64,000 nucleotides of DNA from Owenia fusiformis (taxonomy: Eukaryota), in the NCBI GenBank assembly GCA_903813345.2, contig CAIIXF020000001.1, positions 19,530,001 through 19,594,000 of the forward strand. The letters run 5' to 3'. Position 1 is the stretch's first letter. Each line of letters opens with the position of its first letter. This document shows, piece by piece, positions 24,447 to 38,432 of this stretch. The position numbers were made by a program, and so were the translations under genes. The notes beneath the pieces were generated by a model. The model saw only the letters and a list, made by a program, of their open reading frames with translations. It did not search any database and was not told where the DNA came from.

Positions 24447-25685
24447 CAGTACAAAATATAATTATGTATGTGATTTTGTTATTTATGTGTTTTTTTGTAA
24501 ATTCTATGTTTATAGTATCAATTGAGAATGGATAGAATTATATTCTGTATTAAAGTTCTCCTTCTACGTCAAGCTGAGAGTATACTCAGTGATTTCAAAT
24601 AGCTGAAAGTAATGGATTTGTAAAACATAATGATAAACATCATTCACCAGGTTCTAATAGATTGCAGTAGAATCAATTGACAGAACTTTTATTACTGAAT
24701 TTTCCTTGCCTTTGAAGCAGGTAAATGTATTAATTAAAGCATGTACTGCAAAATCATGTTACAAATGCTTTGTGAGACAAATATTCAGCAAAAGAGCCCC
24801 CCCCCCCATAGAGAGCAGCTCCACTGTAAAAGAAACTTGGGTGAAAAATTATCTCTAAAACACAAATCAACAGTTTTTGAGTGATAATTAACGGGTAGAT
24901 AACTTGGCTTATCAAAATATTTTTGATCCAATTATGGATATTAGTGTAAAATTGTTCTGTATGTTTGCAAAATTTTAGAGATATTTCTGCATCTCTAATT
25001 TGATTTTTTTGCTTTTGTAATTAAAGTGATATCGATACGGTTCATGCTCTACAATATCATCAAACTGTATAGTTCCCTATAAGAAGGAACATCTTAACAG
25101 ATATATGTCATGTTTTGAAAAACATATTTTGAGGTCCCAGAAAAGGTAAAGAGGTCCCAAAACCTGCTGTAATGGTGCATCCCTCATTATTTTCCCCTAA
25201 TTATATATTTTAATTTTTCAAACAATCCACTCATTATCTTTTCAACTAAGTACAATTAAAGTTCACATTTAATGAAGATGTCATTCAGTTAGGTTTAATC
25301 AAGAGTTTTTTCAAAATGTACCTCAATCAAAGTATTTAAACAACATACATGTACTGTATAATTAATTTTAGTTGTAATCAACCCTGATGTCTGTTGCGTA
25401 CTATATATACTGTAGTATCTTTGAGGATGTTGAGTTGTGTAAGAGTATTCTGATGTAACTGTTTTTATTTGATGACTTGGTTCTGATTTTGGATACAGCA
25501 TAAAAATCTGACAATGTGCACTTTAAAAAGAGATTGAAGGTATGTGTATGTTTTTTATTTCACCATTGTTTTTAGTTTTAAAATCCAAAATATGAAATAT
25601 GAGGCCTTTAACAAGGCTCTCAGATAGTGAATACAATTTTAATTCCTGTTTTTTTTTTATTTTTATTTACTTTCATAACAGTGTT

Positions 25686-25861
25686 CAGGCCCGTAGACAG
25701 GATTTGCCAAGGGGGTTCACTTTTTGAAAAATTCTGGGGGGGTCACTTTTGACGATTGTGGTTCAAAAATGGCCAAAATCAATTAAAAAGTGCTCAGAAT
25801 GATGAAAAACTGCATGATTTTGAAAGAATTTTTGGCCATCGAACACTTGGCTACGGGCCTG
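25686..25861. mobile_element. MITE, same family as 20142-20348
   Basis: GTGTT-CAGGCCCGTAG ... CTACGGGCCTG-GTGTT. Confidence 0.85.
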
Positions 25862-26621
25862 GTGTTTATTCATTCAGTATGACAAATTGCTATTTGGCAA
25901 GATGGTAATAAATCAATAAGTTTTGATTTTTGGGCTAAGAATTCACTAAAAAGTCACTGGTTGGTTCCAAAAGGTTTCTATATCATAAAGTATGTATTCA
26001 TTCTAGAAAATTCAAGATGAAAACTATTGAATTTAACCGATTGGCTCTTTTTAAGTTTTAAATTTTATTCATGTTTAAATGTATCTATCCACATTGGATT
26101 TCAAAAGGCTCATAAATTTTAATAAATACTTTTGATGATATTTGGGGTCATTGTGACATTTCATCTCAACACTTTGAAACCAATGTTGTTATACCTAATA
26201 TGTCAGGATGGCTTATTGATTATATTCAGTTAATATGAACTTGAGATAACAAAAAGTTACTCACAGTTCGTGTGTTCTAGTGGAGGGTGGTACCTATGTA
26301 GATTTTAACTATTAATTTATTTGCCTACATGATTTTTACTTTATGTAATACGTCATAGAATCATTTCCTTCTTTGAAAAAGTACAGGAATCCTACAGATG
26401 AACTTAAGGTAGTTTTAAGTAAAATGCTCAACATCATTTTAACAAAATATTTTGATTTTGAACAATGTATTCTACAATTATTTGTAAGTATCCACATACA
26501 AATGTGAAAATATTACCAGTTAATTCACTAATCATTGGTATAATTATAATCGTAAAAATGCATTAAAATTCTCATCATGCAGATGCACCTTAATCATTTG
26601 CCTACAAGATGATAATTAGAG

Positions 26622-26992
26622 GTTATGTCACTATCGTGGCATATATGCCCGAGGTCTCAGTGATATATGGCCCGACCTTGGGAGGGACATTGATCTCTGA
26701 GAACCGAGGGCACATGTGCCACGATAGTGACATAAACGATTTATAACATGCCTATGATGATGTAGACTGGTCAGAGAGTACCATTTTCTTAAAGAATTGA
26801 CAAATAAATGGTTTGAAAATGATTGAAATGAGTTTAGAAAAATTGCTCGCGCAGTTTTATCTTCGATTGATTGGTTATGACGTCAGCGCCTTGACCAATC
26901 AGAAAGTTAGCGGGCGCGGGCTTTTCGAAACTTATATTGGCCCGCTGTCTTGTGTACACTTTGCACTATACATCATCATAGGTATGTTATAA
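26622..26992. mobile_element. Bipartite palindromic repeat element enclosing a CRE and inverted CCAAT boxes
   Basis: TTATGTCACTATCGTGGCA..TGCCACGATAGTGACATAA palindrome, followed by TTATAACATGCCTATGATGATGTA..TACATCATCATAGGTATGTTATAA IR; TGACGTCA at 26878. Confidence 0.6.
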
Positions 26993-27639
26993 TAACCATT
27001 ACTGTATTTAATTGTATGTAATATAAGATTACACTTCCTTCTTAAGGTGAACTTAGACACTCATCATGTTACAGGATGATTCTCCGTCTAAATAACACTT
27101 ATCTAATCAAATGTCTAGAAAGATATAACTTCAAATAATAAAAATATTAGTATTCAAGATATGTGGTTCTGTAAAAAAATGAAAAATTAATACTTAGAAA
27201 TAATAGTGTTTGAATGATATCAAATAGTAGTATGGACTCAACTATACTTTTGTTGATTTTAGCTCATAAAATGATATTGGATATTAGCAACAATGACAGG
27301 TATGATGATATGAATCGCATTTGTAGGAATTGTTATTAAAAGCAACAGCTGATTAATGTATGTCATACAGTTATCTGCGATCCAATCACATTTTTATCAA
27401 TATCATTTTAAGCCTTAAGATGTATTGAGTTTAATATTACTTTAGTCTCATACAGCCTATTGAAAGAGAAAAATGAATACACTTGCAACTCTTGGATGGG
27501 TATAAATGTACCGGTATTTTAAAATTTCTGTTGAATGGCTTGATTTGATGTGACACGATATCTACATCATGGAGATACTAACGGATTGATTATTGATTGA
27601 TTCAAACTAGGTTCAAGGAAAAATATTAAAGAAACAAAA

Positions 27640-30600
27640 ATGTCGCTCGGAGAAAGTAAGGAAATAATTTGAAGTCATTGAACTTTTATTTCATCAACCT
27701 TGATTTGATCAGTTGATTAGCAAAATTATTATGTTTGACATGCAGCCAAATATTTGACTCACAGCTAATACAGTCAACATAGGTCTTGTCACCTCTAAAA
27801 GTGCTAATTAGGAATTAGAAACTCCAATCAAAGGTGTTTGTTTTCTTAAGTGTTTTGTTTTCCTGATTCCTGTTCTGTGTTCAATTCCAGGAAGCCAATG
27901 TGATGTTAAAGAGGGGACTAACACACAGCAGTTTGTAAAAGGTAAGAATTGAAATATTATTTTTGATTACTTTTTTAATTCAAATTATCTTTTTATATTA
28001 GATATCTTTAGATCTACATTTTTTGCAGTAAAACTTAATATTAATGCTACTTTACAAATTGATGTCTGAATGTTCATTTTATCAATGAAAACACGAAAAC
28101 TCAATTTTAGTGCAATTTCATTTCACTAGATAAATGCCCTACTATGAATTCAATGGAATCTATTGACCAAGTAATGTCCATAAACAGAGCCTGCCCCAAT
28201 AAGGAATTTTGTCGTAAAAGAATGTAAACAATTGACCGCATTTCTTCATCAACAAAATTCTTGTATTTATCCAATGACGCCTCATTGAATAGATCAACTC
28301 TATAGTACTACGTCATTTGGTTTATCAATGAATTGAACTTTCACTAGTTGCCACATTTTTTTGTACTGTAAAGAACACACCTCACGCTATTAGAAATTTT
28401 TGCCAATAGGCATCAAAGAATATTCTCAGTTGGCGGTTATTGTATTGCACAAGTTACAGCCTATTGGCTCTATCATATTGACATGTAGCTTAATCTACTA
28501 ACGCTCACAAATACAGTACTAAACCTAGATCCTAGGTTATATTAAAATAAATTTGCTCTGTAATAGAGAACATTTTAAACTTCAGTCTGGACGACAGTGT
28601 TTTATAAAATGGAACAAAGAGTTCAAAGACGCAAAAAGGAAATCAAATTGCCTTCTATTCCAGAATCTGCCCGGCATCCTGTCTGTACATGTAATAAAAT
28701 GGCTGGTCAAAGCAAAACAAGAAGACGAGTACAACGACCAAGAGGAACATCCCCTCAAGAGATGACAGCATGGACTTTTATGGCAAAATCAAAAATGGAA
28801 AGGGATCTTAATAAATTAAAAGAACAAAAGTATCCATTTGAGAATCTTGTTCTGGAAGGAGGGGGTGTAAAACTGACAGCCTATCCTGGAGCACTTCAGG
28901 TAAAGTCGACACTATCACAGGTTTTCCTAAGGATATAATAATTCGCGCGACTATATTAAAATACATGAGGTAAAATTCAAATTGCTGAAATGAAAAACTA
29001 AAATGGATTACAAATATTACCATTGGACTTCATTTTCAGTTGAAATATTGCCTGAAGTAAACAATCTGTAAAATTCTTGCGAGGCAGTTGTTTCACATGG
29101 CTATAGACCCAACCCATCATTGCACAGTCATGAACTGTATATGTTCATGGTTTCATATGTATACAGTAAATAAAAAGGCTGAAGAAGTATGGAATCTAAG
29201 CCATCCATTTCATCAACAAGTTTAAAAAGGCTTAATTTGAATCATGTTTTCAAGAAAGAATTTTTGTGGTATTGTACACATTAGTTATTCCATTGTACCA
29301 GATGTTCAACTTTTTTTTTATAGTTGATGATATTCATTATTGATGAGAATATTTATTTCCAATATGCTCAAAGTAAAAAGGAATGTGAGATAGTCTTTGA
29401 CTCATGCTCTAAAGCATCAACATTTCTAATCTGCTTTTGATATTAATGCAATCCTGGATATATATAATGTGCAGAATTATATCTATTTTCAATTTAATTC
29501 CAATCTTAAGACATATTAGTGAATTCACTTTGTATGTAAGTGCTTTTAACATAATCCATATTCTGCTGCATTGAAGTAATGCAAATTGAATATATGCGAT
29601 ATAATAAAAATTGCTCAGCTAGTGGTTAAAAACAGCAAAACTTTCCTTAATGAACATTGAAACTATTTCTCCAGAATTAACTTTCTATAGCTATTATAAA
29701 GCATTTTAATTATTCAGTTCATTCAGAAAAAATGATGACTGAGAAAAGTATTTGACTAGTATTTATCTAGAGTTTGGAAAAACAAGAATACTTTTGATTA
29801 TAAAAAGTATGACTGTTTTTTTGTATTTCATTGAATTCATTTGAAGAAAAAAAGTTCAACAGCTTTGAGAAAGAACGACAAGAAAAACCACTTGTATATT
29901 CATATCAACCGATAGCAGAGTTTCAATTCAGACAGAAAAAATGAATAGGTTTCAAAAAGAACCACAAAAACAAACACATGCTGACAAGTATATGCTCAGT
30001 TTTTGACCATTATTTAAAGAATTTAATATTATTTGAAATGTATAATACCAAATTAAATGGACAATAGTGTCGAAAGAACTCAAAATTCTAGGTGTAAATA
30101 TCAAAATTCATTGTTTTTCTTTCAATAATCTCTATTTTAGATTTTTGTCACTGGGCTTCGCTTAAAAACCAAAGAGTCGAAAGATTTCCAGATTTCCATT
30201 GCAAGATTAGAGATTTAACCCTAATATTTATCACAAGAATTAAAGTGATCAAAGTTTCTTTTCATGTATAATAGAATTATTGAAATTATATAACCTTTGT
30301 ATGTTTGGTTGAGCAAAGCAGCTTTAAAGTATGCTGTTTATCCAATGGTTGGGATATAACATTCGAATTGGGAAAGAATAAGAGTAATGATCTTATACTT
30401 TTATAATCTACAGTTCCAAGATGAATATTCTGCTTCTTCCAAAGTTCATGAAATAATATTCTCTTAAGAGTATTGTGGTTTAAATATACACTTTAGATAT
30501 TTCAACAAATTAATTAATTAATCATAAACATTTGCACAGTTGCACAGTTTTTCAGATGTATACAGGCCCACATTTATCCATTTTTAATAAGCTGAAGAAT

Positions 30601-33600
30601 TATGTTCTATTAGAAACTAAATCCCTTCATAGTAAATTGTTTGCAATATTTTTTGCCATGTTTTGAATTGAATTACAGATCAATCACAAGGGTCCAACTA
30701 TGCATGTTGAAAACCATTAATTTGAATTTTAGACCTACCAGATATTTGAAAATCAATGATTGCGAGTCCCAAACGGCACTGTTTTTCTTCAAACCTGTTC
30801 CATACAATGCAAAATAAAAATGCCTTCTTGTTGGTACATTATTCTGTAATGCAGACTCCCTCCTTTTAGCGGCATTTGGGTCCTCAGTTGTAAGAAGCCC
30901 TTGACAAAAATGACTATAGGGCCTTTTTAAGTCTAATTATTATTCAATTGTGAGCCCCTACTTTTAATAAACCTTATTTCAAAAAATGTATTTATTTATA
31001 GGGATTAGAAGATATTGGAATCCTACAGAACATTAAGAGATTCTGTGGTAGTAGTGGGGGAGCGATCGTGGCAATGTGCCTCGCCCTAAGGTATACCCCA
31101 AAGCAAATTGAGAATATGCTGCTAAACATGGACCAAAGAGCACTATTTATGGGTAAGTTTTACCCTGATGTCAATGGACTAGTGTTCAATACTACCCTCT
31201 GAAGTGAGCGAATTGCTTTTCTGATGCTGTTTGTCTGTTGGTTTATGTGTTGGTTTGTTTGTTAACTATGGAAACACACATATATAAGCTTTAATACATG
31301 TAGATGACATCATTTAAATCAAACAGTACTTAATGTTCAGCATATGAGTACAGTGCTATATTATATTTTTCAAATATTCCATTTTATTGATACATCTTTC
31401 AAAAGTGAAATTCTACAGAGTTTGAATTGCATGGATTAGTATATTGTGAAAGTGCTACAGGTCTTCTCTGAAAATAGAATGGAATGTTTGTTGTATTTTA
31501 TTACTGTCATGCGTATCATTCTCATTTTTTAGATTTATATCATTAAACATTGCATGATGGACACATTTATATAAGTAAACATCTCCTGTTTGCAAACTTG
31601 ATTATAATATAAACTATATTTTCAAACTAAACACGGGGCCTTTAATCTACACCGAACAAAATTAATTTCATTGAATTCCTTGGAGTAATAGTTATTTACT
31701 AGTCCAATTTGATTACCAGTACAGCATTGTTTTAACAAATCATTATGCATTTTAATTATATTCCAGATGCAAAATGTGGACTTCTTAATTTCCTCCCTAA
31801 TCTTGTCAGAAAGTTTGGGTGGCACCCAGCCAAGAAAATCGTGGAATATGGACGAAAAACTATCAAAGAAGCTTCTGGGAATCCAGACCTTACATTTAAA
31901 CAGGTTTGTGAAACATTTTCAAAAATGTGAACATTTTTTTTTTAAACACTTTATATGTGTACACCTCTATGATGAGAACTCTCCTATATTGTAGATGATT
32001 ATTTTTGAATTTTAGAATCACCCAAATCTTGCCAAGGCTTCATTTGACAATGGGGATTACAAAACTGAAGTGGATCCGCTAAGCATATAGGTCAATTAAT
32101 AAACATTTACTCTGCCAATACTGCACCCCTTGCGCATACATTCAAGAAAATATGTCACACCAGATACAATTTCTTAACGTTTTACCCTCATGACCTCTTT
32201 CCTTTGTCTCTGTTTTGCTCAATCAAAACGGAGATCATATTTCTGACTGTCAAGATTTCAATTTACAATGCACTTCATGGAATTTATTTTAAGGCAGCTC
32301 AAAAATAAGTTATTTGATTTATATCAGTTTGACAGGTACTTCTGTAAATTTTAATCAAAATCTCGTATTGCACATTTCTATACTTCTGATGTGATGCTTC
32401 TGTTTGTAAATATTGTTTTAAAAACCTTTTTGTTTTTGAGAATACTGGATATATTCTTGGCAATGAGGGGTGAATAATAAGGTGGTAATTTTGAGTGATT
32501 CTTTAAATTCAGGGAATTAAATCATATTATTTCATTCTTTATCAAGTCACAATGACCCGTTTTCATCAAATTGTAGTATAATTGATTTGTAAACACTTCC
32601 AAAATTTAAATATTCCAGAACAGAAAAGCAAGAACTATACATCAACAATTTATTCCTAGGCTCTTTCCATGATTTGATTGACAGTTCTATTTTTACTTCC
32701 CATATATGGGTGAAATTGATGGCCTGTATTAAACTTGGAGGTCAAGCTGATCTGGTCACTCATTAAGACAATTTAGAACTTGAATTCTGACTAAATATGA
32801 TTGATTCCTATCCTATATATCTCAGCTGAAACACATTTCTAGAAAATTTAACCTTTCAAACCATTTTTGATTATCCAATATCAGATCAATTGGGGAATGA
32901 TGGGTATCTTTTATGTTTACAATTACCGATATTGAATGAAAAAGAAAATTTACAAAATTTTATGTAGATATTAAACATCAGTAAACATTTTGGAATTTTT
33001 TTTATTGTAGCGCTAAATTGAATTTACCAATGTATAAAAACCCAAACGGGAGTTCTTGAAAAAAATATTTTGAATAGTCCTCTCAGATTTTAATAATTGT
33101 TCTGAAGTAAGGATTATTTGAATTAATGTGTCAAGAAATTTTAGATAAGTTCTTTATGAATGTGGCATTTGTTTAAGATTATTTAGGTCAAGTAAAGAAA
33201 ATGCATTGTGTTGTTTTCCCCTGTTCACCTGACAGTTTTATTGCTTATTGTATGTAGACATGACCTTAGAATTGTATCTTTATTAACCAATATAAAAGCT
33301 TCCTATTGATTATCTGTTATTATGAATGTTTTGATATCGCACAATATTAAATATGTTGAAATTAGAACTGGGCTTCAGTCTAGAGTTACATATGGTGTTG
33401 AAAACATATCATGCATTGAATTATTTTAAACAATTATTACGTTAAATTAATCAACTATATCTTACTGAATAGAAAATAGGTTAATCTATTCATTGATGAA
33501 TATGGCTTGACAACACTAGATTGTTAATATTTTTTGTTATTTCATGTTTTAATTAATGCTCCGTGTAAATGTATGGTCATTGCATATAAGGTAGACACAA

Positions 33601-36600
33601 TTTCAAATGATGGGTATCTTTTATGTTTACAATTACCGATATTGAATGAAAAAGAAAATTTACAAAATTTTATGTAGATATTAAACATCATTATAGTCAT
33701 GAAATGGCTAAACATTTATGTTGATATATTTCAGCTTTATGATCAATTTGACAAGACTGAACTGTGTATAACAGCAACAAATCTAACGACAACATCATTG
33801 GAGTATTTCCATGTCAAGACTTCACCCGATCTTCCCATCATTCAGGCTGTAAGGGCTTCAATATCTATACCAGGTCTGTACTCTATAATCTCAAACCAAA
33901 ATATCATATAATAGCTTATTCAATTCATAAATGTGCTGAAGCGACACAATCTTCTATTATGACATTGCTTCTGCTCCAAGTTTTTTAAATTAGTAAATTA
34001 TCGATGTTTATTTGGCAAATATAGAAACTGAAAAGTCAGCTAAAACAATAAAAGATACCATACTTGGTTTAGGAGAGCCTGTGTAATGCCACAGTTCAGT
34101 TGCCACATCAACTATATCCCATTGTCTTTCAGATGAAAACCCTCTGCTCGATGCCACCCCCTGCCATTCATTTACCTAGTATTTTTTATGTAACAGGTGT
34201 ATTACAACCACTGAAGTTGGAGAGAAATGGCATGACGAATTACTATGTAGATGGAGGCATTCTAAACAATTATCCAATCAATGCATTTGATGGTGAGTGT
34301 TCAGTGTTTTAAATTCAAGATATTTCATATTTCTGAAACTCATATATGCAGATGTTTCAGACGTAAGTTTTATATATTATTGTAAAGATTAAAGTAACAT
34401 TATTGTAAGGTTACATTATTTGATTGCTGTCATGGTTCTGTTGAAAGCCCATGATAGCAACCAAATAATGTAACTTTGATCTCGACAATAATGTTGCTTT
34501 GATTTTTACAATAATATATAAACCTAACGTCTGAAACATCTGCATATATGAGTTTCAGAAATATGAAATATCTTGTATTTAATTTGAAAGTCCATGATTA
34601 CTATATAAATTATTAATTCATTTTCTGGTACAATTCTTATTATAGCTATTAGATCAACAGAAAGATGACTATAGTGGTTTGTGTATTAATATTGAAACAC
34701 TACTGCCATCTTTCTGTCAAACAGAAATGTGCTTAATATTTGAGCTCGTAAAATTATATTTTACAAAATAAATCAGAAATCGATGAGCAAGCTGGGTATG
34801 TCAAAATGTCCATTACACTGTAAAGAAACTGGACATGAAAACAAGTCATGTCGATTGGATATGTTTGTATATTCAAGATCCTTCAGTGTATTAGCTAAAA
34901 TATTCTCTTCAAATATATTTATTGCAGGCTGGTTTCTTTCCATGGAAAACAAGGATTCATTCTTCCAGAAACTTGGGACGGATGAAGATTTCTTTGGTAC
35001 AATCAACCCCAAGACTCTTGGCATGATGCTGGTAAGAATGGTATTATGCAGGGTGATTTAAATTAATCCAACCTATTTAGACAAAATAGGATTTGAATAG
35101 ACATGAAGACAGATTTTTGTTACTTAATATACACTGGTGGATTACATGATTGTATGATTCTTTGCATTTGCGCTGATAAGGCTGTTGGCCTCTTGAAAGG
35201 TTTGAAACCAAGGCATTTTTATTATTGCCATATTTTACTTGAACTACTGTATCTTAACAACCCATTTCACACATTTTAAAACACAATTTGTGAAGGTTGA
35301 ATGATATGTCATAGTTGGAGCAGTTATACTGAAACACCACTCTCTGTCTAAAAAAGAATTTTATTTATGTGGAAAATATCATCTGTTTTTGTATTCAAAA
35401 ACTTTTCTCCCATTCAGAAAAGAACAAGGGGCAACACAAAATCAAAAATATAGACTTTTATTTAAAAATATCATTTGACTGTTTTAAGTAGCTTTTAACT
35501 ATAGCATAAGAAATTAGATTTCAACTCAAAACCCATAATTTTCAAAACTGATAATTTGAGCTGTAAACTACAAGACATTTGAACCTACAATCCTACATGC
35601 ACATGTTTTTCAGTTCTCTGGTTTTGAAGGAGAATCGGTGAAGCATAGAACTCTCAACTGTAAACCTTGTAAAGATGCCACCCTGCGGCCAAGCACAAAA
35701 CTTTCAAAGTAAGCGTTTCATTGATTTAAAATTGCATACTTTAATCAGCATAGATAAATAAACACAGAACAATAATAAAATGCAGGTCAGCTGGTCTTTA
35801 AAAATTTCATAGTAATTTACTTATACGAGGTTCCCGACTTTCTTAGGCTGACAGTGTAGCTGTCTTTGCATAATACATTACTTATCAGAATCTAATTGTA
35901 TATACATTTATTAAGTGAATATATTGATATTTTTTTTTTTTTTTTACAGGAAGCATGGAGAAAAATGTGAAGACATGTTACGTAAATGCAACCAAAAATT
36001 CCACATGTGTGAGGCAGTGAAACGCTTCATGCAGGAACTCAAAGATTCAGATATTGATAAAGATGGCGTGATTGACTTGATTGAACTGAAATATGTCTTC
36101 GATAAGTCACAGAAAAATCCTGAACTGAAGAAAGACATGGAAATTCTCTTTGGAAAATCATATACGTTTAATCACATGGTACATTTTGTTTTCATGATCT
36201 TTCAAAATTAAAAGCTAGTATTAAAATTGTGAATCCTGCTTTGAAATAATGAGGTTTCCCGACTATATTTTATCATCTATAACACTCCATCTCCCCTGAC
36301 AAAACCCCCACAAACAATACAAACATAGCAAAACTAATCAATTGATGTTTGTGTATTCTCTGTTTGCAGATGAATGAGTTGGACCGTAATCACGACTCAA
36401 CAATCACTTTTCAAGAGTTCACAGATTTTGTTGAAAGAAAAGGGTTGCCCGCCCATTCTTTTCTCCAGGGGACTACCCATCTCAACATAAACAATGCAGG
36501 GACATTCTTCAGCTCAATTCTGGAGACACTAGATATTCACATAAAAAACTCCACATTAAAAGTAAGATATAAAATTCAATCATATTCATGTATGTCATTT

Positions 36601-38102
36601 TGTCACACTGAAACCTTTCATATGCTGCTGCTGTATATTGTAAGAGTATTGACTAAATCAAATGTTATACAGGGTGACCCAAAAGAATCTTCTAAACGTG
36701 TTATAATTTCTTAAATACCAATCCTATCAACCCAATTTTTAATGTGCATAAACTAGAATCACAAAACACAAAATATCTTATTTGTGATATCATGGATGAT
36801 CTCAGATTGTGTCCAATTTTCAGAAAATCAACATTAAGACATTGTACATATGTATATATTCAACATAGAAGACCTTTGCTGAAATCTGAAAATGTGACAC
36901 ATATTTTGTCTGTTCAAAAACAAAAACAGTAAATCTTTGTAAAAATCACTCTTATTCCTCTTATGTAAATGTTCTCATAATTTTCATTGCATTGTTTTTA
37001 CCAACTTGCTTTATAATTTCAAACTAACTATGGCATTAACATTTGAATTACATTATGGTTCCAGAAAGAGCATTTAGAGAGGACAATAGGCATATTCACA
37101 GATTACATCAGTACACTGGACACGCTTGAGACGGAAGACTGCAAATTCCTAGCATATGTAAGTCATTGAATATCTATACATCCTTCAAACACAGGGCTCG
37201 AGGCATCATCCACTCTGCGTAAGAAGAAAGGTACAGAGTGGATGCTGTCCTTAGCCTTGTATTATTTCGGAGAATACATTTGTGATGTACTTATACACAT
37301 TAATGTGAAAAAAACTTGATTTGTACATGATGTATTTTGATGATGTTAATTCATTGTAACCATTTTTGAGTGTTTGAGAACCCATTTAGTGGAGGTCTAT
37401 TGGGGATCATCTTTTTAAACCTTGTTTCAATATAGCCCCTCCCATTACACAGTATAATATGACTTATTAATCAATTCTCATTAAATGCTGCTATACTTAA
37501 GCAAAATAAAATGTATTTTGATCTTGGTGATTCATAGCATTAATATATACTTTCAGCAAGGCAAGGTTGCTGCTATTACATATGTCAAAGAATGGCTTAG
37601 GATGAACAAAACAGATCCTAAATTCAACCTAAGACATTCAACTGCCAGTTACAGTTCCGATGATGAGGAGCATATATGTCAATGTCACATGACAAGACGT
37701 AACTCTAATGACAATTCATCAAATAGCACAGTCCCAGAATCTGTAGACTCGGTAGACTCGAGAGTCTCAGACTCAACCATGAACTCCGACTCAGGAACAT
37801 CAGGAATGTTTGGAACATCAGCAGTGTCTGAAACATCCGGAATGTCTGAAACATCTGGAATGTACAGAACATCGAGATTGTCTGGGACTTCAGATATGTC
37901 TGAAACAGCAGGAATATTTGATTTGAACAGTGAAAAACATCAAAAGAGGGACTCGGGGCGAAAAACAGTCCATTTTCATGAAGACCAGATGGATTCTGGA
38001 TTTGGGGAAGGAATATCTCCGCCTTCAAGTCCTTTTGTTATTGAACAATCTGCAGTAGATGAGAATTATGTTGCCATGGAGACATGTGATACACGCCTCT
38101 AA
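27640..38102 (+). CDS. Patatin-like phospholipase (ExoU/VipD/RssA-type) with an inserted EF-hand pair, ~690-694 aa
   Basis: Exons [27640..27655, 27891..27941, 28664..28899] or [28609..28899], then 31002..31152, 31767..31903, 33735..33873, 34197..34292, 34928..35031, 35614..35708, 35950..36178, 36370..36561, 37065..37157, 37557..38102; all phase-consistent. Motifs ENLVLEGGGVK, GSSGG, AVRASISIPG, YVDGG; EF loops DIDKDGVIDLIE and DRNHDSTITFQE. Confidence 0.9.
32896..33690 (+). repeat. Exact 85-bp direct repeat pair, 710 bp apart
   Basis: AATGATGGGTATC...TTAAACATCA at 32896-32980 and 33606-33690. Confidence 0.9.
34312..34580. mobile_element. Fold-back MITE, ~270-bp near-perfect palindrome
   Basis: CAAGATATTTCATATTTCTGAAACTCATATATGCAGATGTTTCAGACGT is mirrored exactly at the right end. 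Confidence 0.85.
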
Positions 38103-38290
38103 TATTTCATGAAACAGAAGAGATAAGATGAATCAAGCCGCAAGCAGTTCAAAAAATATGGGAATTCAAAAATATATTCGTAAAGGACTATTTTGACTAA
38201 AAGATGGCAGTACGGGTCTATTTATATGCTTGTATGGAAAGAAGCTACTTAAAGAAAAAACACTTCATTCCGTTTGTAGAAATTACTTTT

Positions 38291-38432
38291 ATTATGTCAC
38301 CACCACAAGTATTGTTATTGTCTCCAACTTTTTTGTGACGGCATCCAGTGGTTGTTGTTGGTATTTGGAGTTTGGTACCTGTAACAAATGTAACAAAGTG
38401 CATGTGGTGACATTTTGCATGTTAATGCCTGG
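38291..38432 (+). mobile_element. Short copy of the ATGTCACCACC Helentron-type family
   Basis: ATGTCACCAC / GTGGTGACAT IR plus GCATGTTAATGC hairpin. Confidence 0.65.
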
